DNA from: Selaginella moellendorffii
Lineage: Eukaryota; Plantae; Lycopodiophyta
DNA length: 64,000 bases
Direction of reading: 5' to 3'
NCBI RefSeq assembly: GCF_000143415.4
Contig: NW_003314314.1
Span: 132,318-196,317, forward strand
The notes under the pieces were generated by a model. It worked only from the letters and a program-made list of their open reading frames with translations. It was not told the DNA's origin and did not search any database. This document shows, piece by piece, positions 41,948 through 53,783 of this stretch (within the stretch, counting starts at the first letter, position 1; the number at the start of each line of letters is the position of its first letter). Position numbers and translations under genes: made by a program.

Positions 41948-43235
41948 TATCACGAATGTGACTTCGGGTATCGAAAGTTACCTATCAGCTAGTTCTTTTG
42001 GATATTCTCTCCTTACTACCACAACAGTAGGAGGTCGATATTGCTAGTTCCTTTTATCAGCCCTTCTTGTTTAAGTGTTAGTTTACTGAGCTTAGCACTT
42101 GTACTTAGCCAGATGGACATAAGGTAGGAACTCCTATGTGTTGTTAGCTGAGCATACTCGGATTGACTCTTAGTTCTCTTTTGCTTTGTCTTGCACTAGC
42201 TTGACAAGAACCCTTGTGTATTGAGATTGCTCCCTCAATATCACTGGATGATAGCTTACCAAACACCCTCGCTATCATGCCCTTTGTGTTAGTGTTATTT
42301 TGGTCCCAAATACTATTTATGGAAAGTGTCTAGATTCGCTCATTTGGCATATTTATGGAATGTAGAGATTGTCCTGAACACAATGGTGTTCATCCTGTGT
42401 CCAAATTTGAAATCTAAAGACATTTTGTAAGTTTCAAGCTTGTCCCAGAGACTAACTCCTGATATTAAAGGAGGTTTGGGGTGAGAGCCCAAAGCGTGTG
42501 TTCCTCAAAGGGGGGGGAGGGAGGCTATAGGGGGTTCTAAATGTATAGTAGGGATAGTGGGTAGGTTAGGCATGGCTGACTAACCTGAGGCATAGTCTAA
42601 CTCCTGCTTGCGTGCCTGTCTTTGTTTTGTATCCGGCTTGGGTCTAAGCGCAAGTTCTATTCCATGCTACTCTGGGACCATTGAATGTTTGCCCTGCGTG
42701 GTGCCTTCTGTGAGAACTTTTGGATCGATCTAACTGGCTGGTGGAGTACCCATATCCTCACGTTAGGCCACTGCTAAAATAGCACTAAACTTTGTTTGAT
42801 TCCGTTTTGCGTATTGGTCCTAGTATTGGGATGTTAGATGTTCTAGCACTATTCCAAGTTGTTCCGCTCCTTGGCTCCATGCTTGGGAGTTTGGCACCAT
42901 TCCTTCATTCAGTGGCCCAAGGCCTTGAAACTCGGGTTCCACACCACTGTCCTTTAGACATGTGGCATGTGAAATGTGGCACATGGAGGGTTTAAGTTTT
43001 GCTTTGTGGTTATCCTATGGTAAATCACTATAGGATAAAGGCTAAAAACCACATGTGCTACATTTGGTATTAGAGGATGAGTCTTGACAAGTACTATCTA
43101 ATGAGATTGGGCAACTAGTCTCGTTGCATATGCAAAGATGAAAATAATGATCCGAGTGGGTACACATTTGGGTGTAAAGACTTCGCATTCGTTCCTTAGG
43201 TATGGATTTGGTTACCTTTTTGTATTGTAATAATG
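41948..43235 (+). mobile_element. Second family-B 5' LTR (41948-43062) plus PBS, nested in the previous 3' LTR
   Basis: Restarts t(a)tcacgaatgtgac and ends gtgctaCA-TT-TGGTATTAGAG. Confidence 0.8.
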
Positions 43236-44805
43236 GGCATAGACCATACTTGAGCTCACGAGTTGAGCTCAATTTTCAATTGTAATTTAGTACAAACATT
43301 ATAAACTTTAAAATTTTAAGGTTATGGAAAACCTAATAATTTCATAATTCTTTATATATTATATAGATAAAAATGTTCTAAAGGACACTTGTTGTTCTAA
43401 TATTCTAAATATTTAGTACATGCAATGATAGGGACGTTTGTTAGAACATAAAATAAATTTTTTTCAAAAAGAGTATTCTTGTAACTTCTTTAAATTTGTA
43501 CTCTATGCTTTCTGGCTAGTAAATGTCAGGTTTATCAGACTTAAAAAATTATTAAATTTGAAATAAGATTCTATGTAAAGTTATATAACCATTTGAAAGG
43601 GAAAAAAATAACCGTTGATGTAAGCTTATTGCATATAAAAGAAGGACTTGGTTCTTTCTAGAATGCATTTTTGAGGGGTTTGTCATAGCATACTGTTTAG
43701 AATTTAGAAATCTTTATTCACACTTTCATTTGAAAAAAAGGGAAATACACACAAATGTCTATGGGTTTTAGTGTTGGTAATTTTAATTCTCACAATCTTT
43801 CTTCCCAGGGTTTAGGGGCTAGGAGATGCAATAACTATCCCATTGCACAACATAACCAAACCACACAAGAGAATGAAAGAGAGGATAGTGAGGATAGTGA
43901 TCATGAGTTGGAGATAAATGTAATGACAGAGGGTGTAACAAATTTGGTGAAAAAGAATGCCCTTTTACTGATTGAGTGCAATTCTGCCACTTTCAAGAAA
44001 TGCTTCATACCAAATAACATCATGTCATATCTTTGACCAATAGAAAAATTTATATAACTTCTCAGTCATATGATGATATTTCGTATGCCTAACTTGAATA
44101 GAAGAGTTATTATGGGTGTGGAGAAAATATAGAATAAGGCACCACTAGCCTCAAATATGTATCAAAATTAGTCTTCACAAAGTAAAAATGGTCATCCTCA
44201 AGGTGATATTGAAAATATAACTATCAAAATAGCAAGTCATCAATAACTAATATAGAATTCCTAAACCACCCACAAATCCTTCAAATCCAAAGCTTATCTT
44301 TTTGAGTCTCACAAAAGCTCTAGATCTTGTAAACATTGAATATCAAACACAACAACTGCTAATGATAGAAAATCTTTGTTTAGAAAATCTACTAATGTTG
44401 AAATAATAGACTTGTTAAAAATATATAAAGAGAGTAAAAAAAGGAGAGGTTAAGAAAGGGTATTAGCATTACCTAAAGAGCTCCCTAGGGCAATAAATAA
44501 CCTCAAAATTATATAGCTAAAAGCTTTATATCCCACTAAGTTGTAAAACTAGTTATAGCGCACTCTATCTCTCTCCCCTTAAGACAATTGGAAAAGGGGC
44601 AATTAATTAATAAGAGAGCTTTTAGTGGCTATTTTATCTCCCACAGTGATAGTATATCCAAATTTCATTCTATAATCACATATGTTACACTCACCCCCCT
44701 TCAAAGATGTTAATGTCCTCATTTACTATTGACTAATAACCCTTACTGAGCCAAAGGGAATCAACACTTCCATTTCTGCACTAAATCTACTAATCTTTCC
44801 ATTAT

Positions 44806-44829
44806 AAGCTCTATTTCGTTAAAGTGGGA
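44806..44829 (+). repeat. Left terminal inverted repeat (24 bp)
   Basis: Inverted match to 58217-58240. The core AAGTGGGA is repeated in inverted orientation at 44840-44847. Confidence 0.92.
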
Positions 44830-45247
44830 ATTGTCATTATCCCACTTGTAAAATAAGGTTTCCAAACCTTTATATAGTATATAAATATAACAAAATTCAA
44901 CTGCATTGAGGCACATGCCATTTTATTTTAAACAAGGAAATGTCTACTCAATCATTTCTCCTCCCCCTGCCACTGCTTCACCTCTCTCTTCTCCTTGTCA
45001 TTGTCGTTCAATTCCTTTCCATCCTTTTAATATTGGCTTAGTTGCTCCGAGTCTAGGTGGAGCCCAAGTCCCCATTCAATCTTTACTTTCCCCTTATTAA
45101 TAAAACAACTTCGTAGACTTCCAATAACATGCTGTAACACTTCTAATATAATGCAAATCCTCTCAAAGAATTGTTTTTTAATACTAATACAATGGCATGG
45201 AACCCTATGCCATAATAAGTTACATTTTTAAATAAATACATGCCATC

Positions 45248-46110
45248 TCAGACTGTTATTTTTTGCCTCCAACGCCTATACAATAATCTTGGAATTTCAT
45301 CACTCTCCACACTATCAGGATTTAGACCCAATAGTAATGCCATCTCTTCTCTAATACGTCCACGCTCATGTTCAGTGGTCGAAGAACCCATCTGGTTGAC
45401 CAGATTATGGAGATGCAGATAGTGCTTGGCTAGACAATATACCTGCCATAAATGATGACTGGTGTCTGTCCGATCAAATGGCTTCTGATATATCGTTCCA
45501 TCTGCCATTTGGTTGATTTTTGCAGCCACCTCCTGGACTGGCCGGTTCTCTATCACCATCACTCCAAGCCGTTTTGCAAAGTCCCCCAGAACATACGGTT
45601 TCTTCTCCCTAGTTTCCATATTACAAGAGATGGGGTGCACTGTATATGTGTGCGTGTTCGCTGCAGTTTTAATCGGCGAGTCATCGATGATGAGGATTTC
45701 ACTTGACCTAGCAGTCCGGTTCATCACTACAGCCTCTGGCTTGACGAAGATGGGCTTGCTACCCCTCACATGGACCATAGTCAAGCAATCCTCTTGCATT
45801 AGGAGAAAGTCAAATGGTAATATTACTCGCGTCTGATCGTGCATCATCTGTAGCAACGTTAATGCATTGTGGCGCATCATGGATGTCCAAACTCCCAATT
45901 GCAAATTGAACCCGGCCCTCTGTTTTAAGTGTCGCATGGTCATTATTAGATCCCGCAGTTTCTCCCGTGTGATTAATGTGAATCTGTCTCTTTTGACCAA
46001 CTTGCTACCGCAGGCTTTGGAGGGTGCAGTGACATTCGAGGACGAGCCACGCTCATGGGAGAAAAGGACACCGTTCAGATCAAAAACGATACAATACCTT
46101 CGCCGTGACT
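45248..46110 (-). CDS. FCP1/NIF-like HAD-superfamily phosphatase domain (last exon of accessory gene)
   Basis: YCIVFDLNGVL (motif I variant DxN), LGVWTSMMRHN (motif II), KPIFVK (motif III), ILIIDDSPIK (motif IV). Preceded by acceptor tttcatttcAG. Confidence 0.85.
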
Positions 46111-48069
46111 CTGAAATGAAATGCGTCAGCATAAAAAATGGTACAAGTCAATTTTACCATCTACAATATTAGCGAATGGTGCTCCCGATGGTCGTTGAGA
46201 GGGTTTTGGTCGAGGAAACGTGAAGGGCGGAAATACTCTCCTCTGCAATGTGGGGTCAATCGCATCCGATGGCGTGTGGGCACATGCCATTTCAGCTGTA
46301 GACTCTGGTACAACTGGCTCAACAGTGGCATGGGGTGGTTCCGATGGCGTGTGATTACACGCCATTTCAGCTGGTGCCTCCGTTGGCAAAGTGGACATGA
46401 CCGAACAGGCAGCAGGGGCGGTGTAGGGAGGTTCCAACGGCGTGTAGTCAGACGATTGGGCACACGTTGAGTCCGTTGGAAATGAGGATACGACCGGCTC
46501 GGCGGCTGGGGCGGCCTCATGCGGGTCCAATGGCGCCTGGTCACTGTCAGTTGGATACGTGGACAAGATTGACTTAGTGGTATGGGCAGCATCAAGTGGA
46601 GCGTGGTCAACTTGCTTGGCGTTGATATGGATAGTAGCCTCCACCAGCTCTGATGACTCTTGCAGGCAAGTAGAGTCCACTGGCAGATCCATATGCATGT
46701 CCAAATATCTCCCTTCGATTGAGATGGTATCCTCCCTACTGGCTACTAAAAACAAACTCATTAGCACATTGAATCGACTATACTGTATTTACCATCAACT
46801 GCTATTGAGGAACTAGGACCGATATCACTTGGGCGCACTGCTGATTCTGAAGGATTGGACATACATTTCGACCCTTGCTTGGCACTATCCTTCCTCGACA
46901 CTAAAGGCTAGAGTTTGTATCTTAATTCAACTGAATAATCTCTACTTACCATTTCTTCTGCGACCTACATGGACAATGTTAGAAATGGTAAAAGGTTAGG
47001 AATGGATGTACTATTATTTACCTGATGGTTTGTCTTGTATGACCTTCCTCCGCTGCTCTTTGGCCACCTCAGGCTGGCCATCGTCGTCATCATCGTCATC
47101 GTCGTTATTGTGATCATCACCATTGTGAGGACCATCCAAGTCCTCTTCGTCCTCCTCTTCTTTGTCCTCCTCTTCGTCCTTTTGCTCTTCCTGCTCATTA
47201 TCTTTCTCTGGCTCCTCATCCCCCTCCTGCATTTCTTCCATAGGCTACTCAGGCTGGATGGCTTGTTCTTCCAGGACCATCTTGGGAAAATCATCTGGCC
47301 GAGTCTCCATCTCAAAATACAAAACATCCATAGCCTGTTTTAGTGCGTGACCTAGGACCGTATCCTCACTCAACTGTCTTAACATGGTTTCTGCACGTTC
47401 TTGCACCCTTCGAAGACGACGAGATGAGAAAACGTGGCCCTGACTTGAAAAGCATCCCTCATCCATTGTACCTCTCCATTGAGATTGGGGAAGGGGAGTC
47501 CGCCATAGGAATCTGAGTTAGGAGGTGGTGACTGGCTGCTTTCACTCAGCCCTTGATCTGCAATGAATGGCATGAGCACACACGCCATAACCGCAAGGAA
47601 TTACCTATCATCTTTTCGTTGCCCTTCTTCCTTTTCGAATCAAACGCCTCTGATCCCGACGACTGTCCAACGTGCTTTCGCTTTTTATGACCACTGTCAG
47701 TTTGAGCTTGGCTGGTGCTTGCCTGTTTTGCCTTTGAAGAAGTGTCTCCTGCAAGGAATGGCATGAGACCACACGCCATTGCAAATATAATTTGTACCTC
47801 CTTTTTTCCTATTGCTTGTCTGTTTGTCCTTCTTCGACGCACCACCAGTGCGCTTTTCAGTCCTCGTGTCTGAATATTCACAACGATCTATAATCAAAAT
47901 GGCGTGAGGCCTCACGTGACCTTACCTTGTGCAGGTTGTGAGCTTGGCCCAACATGGGTATCTTCAACAGTAGCTGTTAACGCCATTTCAGCATCTGGGG
48001 GTGGCCACGCTCCTGCATACAGAGCTTGTGAGATAACATTTAAACTTAAAGTGCGTACTCACCAGGTTC

Positions 48070-48790
48070 GTAGAGAAGATACTGTTTTTCTTTGGCAACT
48101 GTAATTATATGCTCCATTGAAGTCACCTCTTCAATGGAGTTTGTCACCGCAACACACGGGACACCCTTGAGTAGTGCGGCTCGAAAGAATAGTCCGCCGC
48201 AGTTGTACTCGACAACGCATTTGCCCTTGGAGTCGGAAGTAGGTGACCCACCCGCTATTGCGTTGAAGACCCAGCTGAGCATTTCCCATGCTGCACCTGG
48301 AGCTTTCTCTGGATTCGAAAGCTCCATAGCCGTCTTCAGTTCCTCAGGCACGGGTAAATTGACCTCCCTCAGATCAATTCGATCGGCCTTGTCAAACGAA
48401 GCTGGGAAGTCACTCCAGTCCCACTCTGCTGCAGGACCAATAACAAGGGCGAGTGTGAAGATGCGGACATTCGTCGGTATCTTCTTCTTAGCCATTATCC
48501 CATGGATCTCCTGCATCTCCTTGCCTTTCAACCAAGCCTTCACCTCGTTCAAGGCCTTCCAGAACTTGTGATAGGATTTGGAGTCGTAGATCATATAGTG
48601 GACTGAAGATTCCACCTCCGCAAGTCCCACCATTAAGTCAATGATGGAGCTGACTTCGTCTGCATGAGTGATCTCCTCGTTTGTGAAGTCTATCACACAA
48701 AAGATGTTCTTGACCTGCTCATCTCCGCGGGAAACAATGCTCCTCCACCTTTGATCCTCATCCGAATTCACGTATACCCGGTAAGGTTCT
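48070..48790 (-). other. Degenerate beta-class amino-DNA-methyltransferase-like (N6_N4) fold
   Basis: C-terminal PEK...MLSWVFNAIAGG...KCVVEYNCGGLFFRAALLKGVPCVAVTNSIEE parallels KP..L...li.....gd.VLDPFxGSGTT..AA...GR..iGiE. The upstream NIFCVIDFT sits where vDlIlTDPPY would be, but PPY is absent. By-eye similarity only. Confidence 0.4.
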
Positions 48791-49589
48791 CGATAGGCCT
48801 CTGCTGCAAGGTCGAGCTGTTTCTGAAGCCGGCAGTCGACATCCCTCTTAATGAAATTTGGATACTGATCCAACTTCTCAGCTTTACTTTTCGTGGCATC
48901 CCGCAGTAGATCGATGAACTTGGGGGCCCCCTTCACGTACTCGTCGATGTCTTCATTTGACAACTCCAGCTCTTCCATCATCTCTTGCGTGGTGTCGATG
49001 CTCACCCTCTCCACGGCCACTTGCTCGAAGATTCAATCCTTCAATAGCGCACGAGCTCTCAGAGTCGTGCACAAGTCCTCATATGTCACAATATGGCCGG
49101 GAGTCATTTTGGTCTTGTTGAAGACTACCTCACCACGTAGAAGAGCATTAGCCACTGTCAGAAGGTCGTCGTCATCTAGAGACCGCAAGAAACGCAAGGC
49201 GTTGAGCTTCAAATCATTGGGCTTCCGGCTGTCCTCCACACCCATTGAGTTTAGCAACTCCCCGTCATGGTACCTCCTCAGCACATCTACCCATTTGTCA
49301 AAAACAACTTTTGTCGCGAGTAGAATGTTATGGATGCTGAGTGTGTCATTGACCCCCAGTGTTTTCGAGAGAAGACTCGAGAATTCCCGCAATGGAAATG
49401 GCGTGAGGCCACATGCTATGCCACATGCAACGAGGCTTACCTGCCAGGCGCTAGTTGCTAGTGCACGTCCTTGTCCTAGTTTTTGTGGCTTCTTCAGTTG
49501 AACCCAGAGCTTCCGTGTTCGTGCCAATGTCTCGTGCAGACCCAATTTGTAGCACGTTTCTTGCTTGACATTCTGTGCGTGGGAGATCG

Positions 49590-49940
49590 AGTTGCCTTTT
49601 ATCAGGCGGACAACTCTTGTCTTGAAGACTTTCTTCACCTCCTCGCCCACCATAATATCCACAACTATCTCTTGCATCGCCAAGCTAGAATGCTGCCCGG
49701 AGACGGCATAGAACCGGATGTTCTGATCGTCCAACACCTTCCTATTGATCAAGTCTGGAAACCTCGTCTCGCCCTTCAATGTTTGGTAGTAGGGGATCAC
49801 GTCTGCAATGTCGGGTGTTACTGGACTTGCCAGCATCTTCTGCTTCAGTTTCTCCACCCACTCATCAGATACTAGCCTGTGGTTGTATTTGCTTTGGATG
49901 TCGATACGGCTCACGTCAATTGTATATACTTTGTTGGAAT
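49590..49940 (-). other. ParB/Sulfiredoxin-like domain
   Basis: TIDVSRIDI..YNHRLVSDEWVEKLKQKM...RFYAVSGQHSSLAMQEI...VVRLIKG follows the ParB/Srx/DndB pattern (i.i..I....n.R......v..L...m ... y.v.dG.HR..A). The Arg after GxH is replaced by Ser. Confidence 0.6.
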
Positions 49941-51494
49941 AGTAACAAGTACTATTATCTGCGACGATTTTTGCTGCCTCTTCTTGCTCTTTCTGCTCTT
50001 TGCAGCTCTTCTTTTTGGTGGGTGTAGTGTTCGAGCCCGAGGCAATGGCATCACCGAGTAGCTTCTTTTTTGGAGCAGGAGAGTCGGACGTCGGCTTGAG
50101 CTTGACCACCCTTTTCTACTTCGGGGTAGTTTTCAGATTGACCCCCTTCCCCTTCGCTTCGCGAACTAGAGGCACTCTCACCGGCTCAATGTTGGAATAT
50201 AGTTTTTGAACATCGCCGTAGGTGAGGTCCATGGATTCCATGTGATCTTCATAGACCCGCAGCGTCTTTGAAATTGTGGGCCTCCTGGACAACCTCTCCC
50301 TAGCTCCCTCTAGGAATTCCTCATAGCCGTTGCCCCCCTCCGGGAAGCCGCTAGGGTGTGCAAGGTGGATCTTGAAGGCGGACGCTGTCTCTACCACAAG
50401 TGCCAGTCCATATTCTTGCATGGAACTGCATGGAGTGTCTGTCACTTGGATGAGGATCCCCATGCATTCTTTTCTCCCACCATCTGTGTTGTACAGCCTC
50501 AGATCCTCGCCTTCCATCCCGAAAGTCCAACTAGTGAGCTCCTCCCCCTTCTCTACATCCACATTGACAGTGGCTAGAAGAAGAACGCAATTCCTCGCCT
50601 GTTCAGAAATGCACAACAATTAGAGCTGACAGATGAAAAACTAGCAGTTGGAAATAACGTGAGGCCACACGCCATTCACCACTGCATCAGATGTCTTGAG
50701 GCTGCATCCTAAGATGGCATGAGGCTACACGCCATCTGTAATCGGACTGCACTCGAGAGCCCAATCGGTGCATGCCAATGTTGCTACTGAATGGCATGTG
50801 GCCTCATGCCATTTTCTACTTGGCCTAAAAGACTTACCATTTGAAGCCGAATGGAGGTGTGACAATCGAGGCCGGACTCACTGGCGAATGTGCACTGTGT
50901 GTGCAGCGGATCGTAGCAGCAACGCTACTCTGCCACTTACAGTTGGAGAGTGGCGCTGAAATCTCCCGGGACGCCAAGTGGGCTGCGTGTGGGTGGCGGA
51001 GTGGGTGGCGGAGTTGGCGGCGAAGTTACAAACTGGGTGTGTCTTGAAGTGGACGCCGATGCACATGAGCGCGATGCGAGCGCGAGTGTGATGCAAGCGC
51101 GAGTGGACGCCGATGCACACGAGAAACCTATAGAGAAGGTAGATGAGTGCGAATGTGAGCGTGATCGCGAGTGGGAGCGCGATGCGAGCGCGAGTACGAT
51201 GCAAAACCTAACCTCACACGCGCGAAATGTTACGACGGTTGGTAATCCCGCCACGTCATCATTCCTCGGACTTGGGCGCCACCATTAATTTCTGGATCGC
51301 CGCGCGCATGCATGCACGTGAAATCCAAAAGAAATCCGCAACATCATCATTCCTCGGACTGCATGCATGCGAAATCCAAAAGAAAGATCATGATTGGGAT
51401 ATCATTTAATACCCTCGCTATATTTATACCATGCATGATTGGATATTCCAAAGCATCTTGTATTTCCAAAAATGCCAGATGTTCAGCTAAATAA

Positions 51495-52457
51495 AGAATG
51501 GTATACAATGTCCTTCTTGATGACCCTGCAAAGAAGCATCTCGATCGGACACCACATGAGACCACACGAGCCTTACAATGTTTCAGGGGCATTTGCTATA
51601 GATCTGACTGTTATTTTGCTCCAAGATTCTACAGTTTGGTGTGCATTGACCTTTCCATCGACACTGCAAAGGGACATCACAATCAGATGTGGGATCACAA
51701 AAAACCAACTTCACTAACTCTGGTTTCACCAAGATCTACATAAGGAGTTATGAAATGAAAGGACCCTCTCTATTGAAATGTGTTTATGGTCCTGACATAT
51801 CAAAGGATTTTGCATCAAGTTCTGTATTTGCATGTTTATCAAATTTGTCAAAGGAATTATAAGATCTGTTTTGTCAGAGGATTTGATGTGACGTTCAAGC
51901 GTGTGGGCTCATGCAATTTTGATCCCAAAAAATGCACCAAAAAATGCTCGGCGTCATTTGGCGTTATCTCTTGAATGGCGTGGGGCTGCATGCCATTTTC
52001 AGGGGCACATAGGAGTATATTCCTAGAATATTCTGACACGTGCGAGATTGTTTTGAGTTTTCTGGAGATCCAAACGTTAGATCGCAACTAGATTTTACAG
52101 AATGGTATATAATGTCTTTCTTGATGACCCTGCAAATAAGCATCTTGATCGGACACCACATGAGACCACACGAGCCTTACAATGTTTCAGGAGCATTTGC
52201 CATAGATCCGACCGTTATTTTGCTCCAAGATTTTACAGTTTGGTGTGCATTGACCTTTCCATTGACACTGAAAAGGGACATCACAATCAGATGCGGGATC
52301 ACAAGAAACCAACTTCACTAACTCTGGTTTTACCAAGATCTACGTAAGGAATTATGAAATGAAAGGACCCTCTCTATTGAAATGTGTTTATGGTCCTAGG
52401 GGCATTGTGACATATCAAAGGATTTTGCATCAAGTTCTGTATTTGCATGTTTATCAA
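51495..52457 (+). repeat. ~350-bp direct repeat pair in the intergenic region between the divergent genes
   Basis: 51495-51842 matches 52099-52457 (offset ~604). Shorter blocks 51851-51905 and 51901-51990 recur at ~53110-53163 and ~52830-52910. Confidence 0.88.
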
Positions 52458-52470
52458 GCTACTGAATTGC

Positions 52471-52488
52471 TAAACCCTAAACCCTAAA
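52471..52488 (+). promoter_or_regulatory. Telo-box-like (AAACCCT)n motif in putative bidirectional promoter
   Basis: taaaccctaaaccctaaa matches the plant telomere-type motif. Function is inferred. Confidence 0.4.
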
Positions 52489-53783
52489 CATGTGGCAAAT
52501 TCTGCGTGAAGAAAGATGCCCTTTCTGGGCAAATGCTGTAAGAGGCAGATGCCGAGCAGATGTATCTCAGGCTAGTGAAGGGGACAAACGAAAGCTAGCT
52601 ATAAACATGACGGGATGCAAATAGATTACTAGGCTGGTCCTGCGAAAATCAAAAACCATAATTGAAAACATTGAAAATGCAAAAAGAAAGGTTTATAATA
52701 TTTTTGAATTTTAAGCAACCAAAGGAATGTAAGTAGGGCATGTGTTTGTAAGTTTAAAAATGCCTCAACCACTTAAATTCCCAAGTAAATAAAGCTGTTT
52801 CTATTTTTGGTATAGGTAAACTTTATAGTGTGTGGGCTCATGCAATTTTGAACCCAAAAATACACCAAAAAATGCTCGACTAGCATTATTCTTTGAATGG
52901 TGTGTGGCCTTATATTTCCATAAATGGACGTACACACATAGCATAATTATTCCTTTACACGGCGAATAATCTTGGCGCGGATCGCTGACATGGCATGGCA
53001 AAGTTCGAATCAATGACATGGCACAGCTGGATCGAGGCAAGGACATGATGTGACAAAGTTCAACCTCCAACAGCAAAGTTTAGAAGCTACTCAGTTTGAA
53101 ATTTGTTAGAGGAATCATAAGATCTGGTTTGTCAGAAGATTTGATGTGACGTTCAAGCGTGTGTTATTTTTGAATTCTCGAACTCATTCCTAGGTCTATC
53201 ATTTTTGTGCGCCGTGTTCTTGGTTCCGCTGAGCGCAGTGAGCGCTGCTTGTGTAAGCGGCGTTGTGAGCTGTGGTTTATGCGTCTACGAGCGGTTGCGG
53301 CATTGCGAGCGCCATTGCGAGTGGCAGTTTATGCGAGTGGCAGTTTGTGCGAGTGGCGCTACGAGCAGTTGCGGTGTTGCGAGCGGCGCTACAAGTAGTT
53401 GCGGTGTTGCGAGCGGCACTGTCTTTGGTGTGGCTACCGCTTCCTCTTGATATTCGGCACTTGTGCTTCCTGGTATGTTCACCATGGAATGGCTTAGGAC
53501 CACATTTAGAAATGGCATGAGGCCACATACCATCTTGGGCCCTTGCAATTTCATGGCTAGCGTATTGTTATGTATGTTTTTACTTGCCTGCAGCTGTGTG
53601 TATATCAAGATGGCATGAGGCCTCATGCCAATTTTGTGAATGCGAAATTTCACGTGGGTGTCAATAGCATGTTTGAATAATGGCATGTGGCCTCATGCTA
53701 TTGAGGTTGTTTGGTATGTTATGATTTAGGCCATTCTCCAATCATCTTTTGTATGGTCTTAACTTCTTTTCTGCACTTTCAGA

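Larger units (their letters stand above)
45248..50840 (-). pseudogene. Large multi-exon accessory gene: N-terminal domain, ParB/Srx-like domain, degenerate DNA-MTase-like fold, acidic/Pro-rich linker, FCP1-like HAD phosphatase (~1,600 aa)
   Basis: ATG 50840-50838, then intron 50837-50599. ORFs 50116-50619, 49033-50109 and 48046-49020 are one frame separated by single TAG/TGA codons. Phase-1 GT-AG introns at 48062-48013, 47925-47870, 47797-47749, 47604-47558, three small ones at ~47020-46750 and 46157-46111 join the downstream exons in frame to the HAD ORF. One apparent frameshift near 47430 and a TAG at 47245. Confidence 0.72.

Noticed and set aside
48092-50061. Plus-strand ORFs antisense to the accessory gene, and minus ORF 55353-56231
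   Set aside because: Shadow ORFs opposite motif-bearing frames.
52471-52488. Interstitial telomere
   Set aside because: Only ~2.5 units; better viewed as a telo-box.
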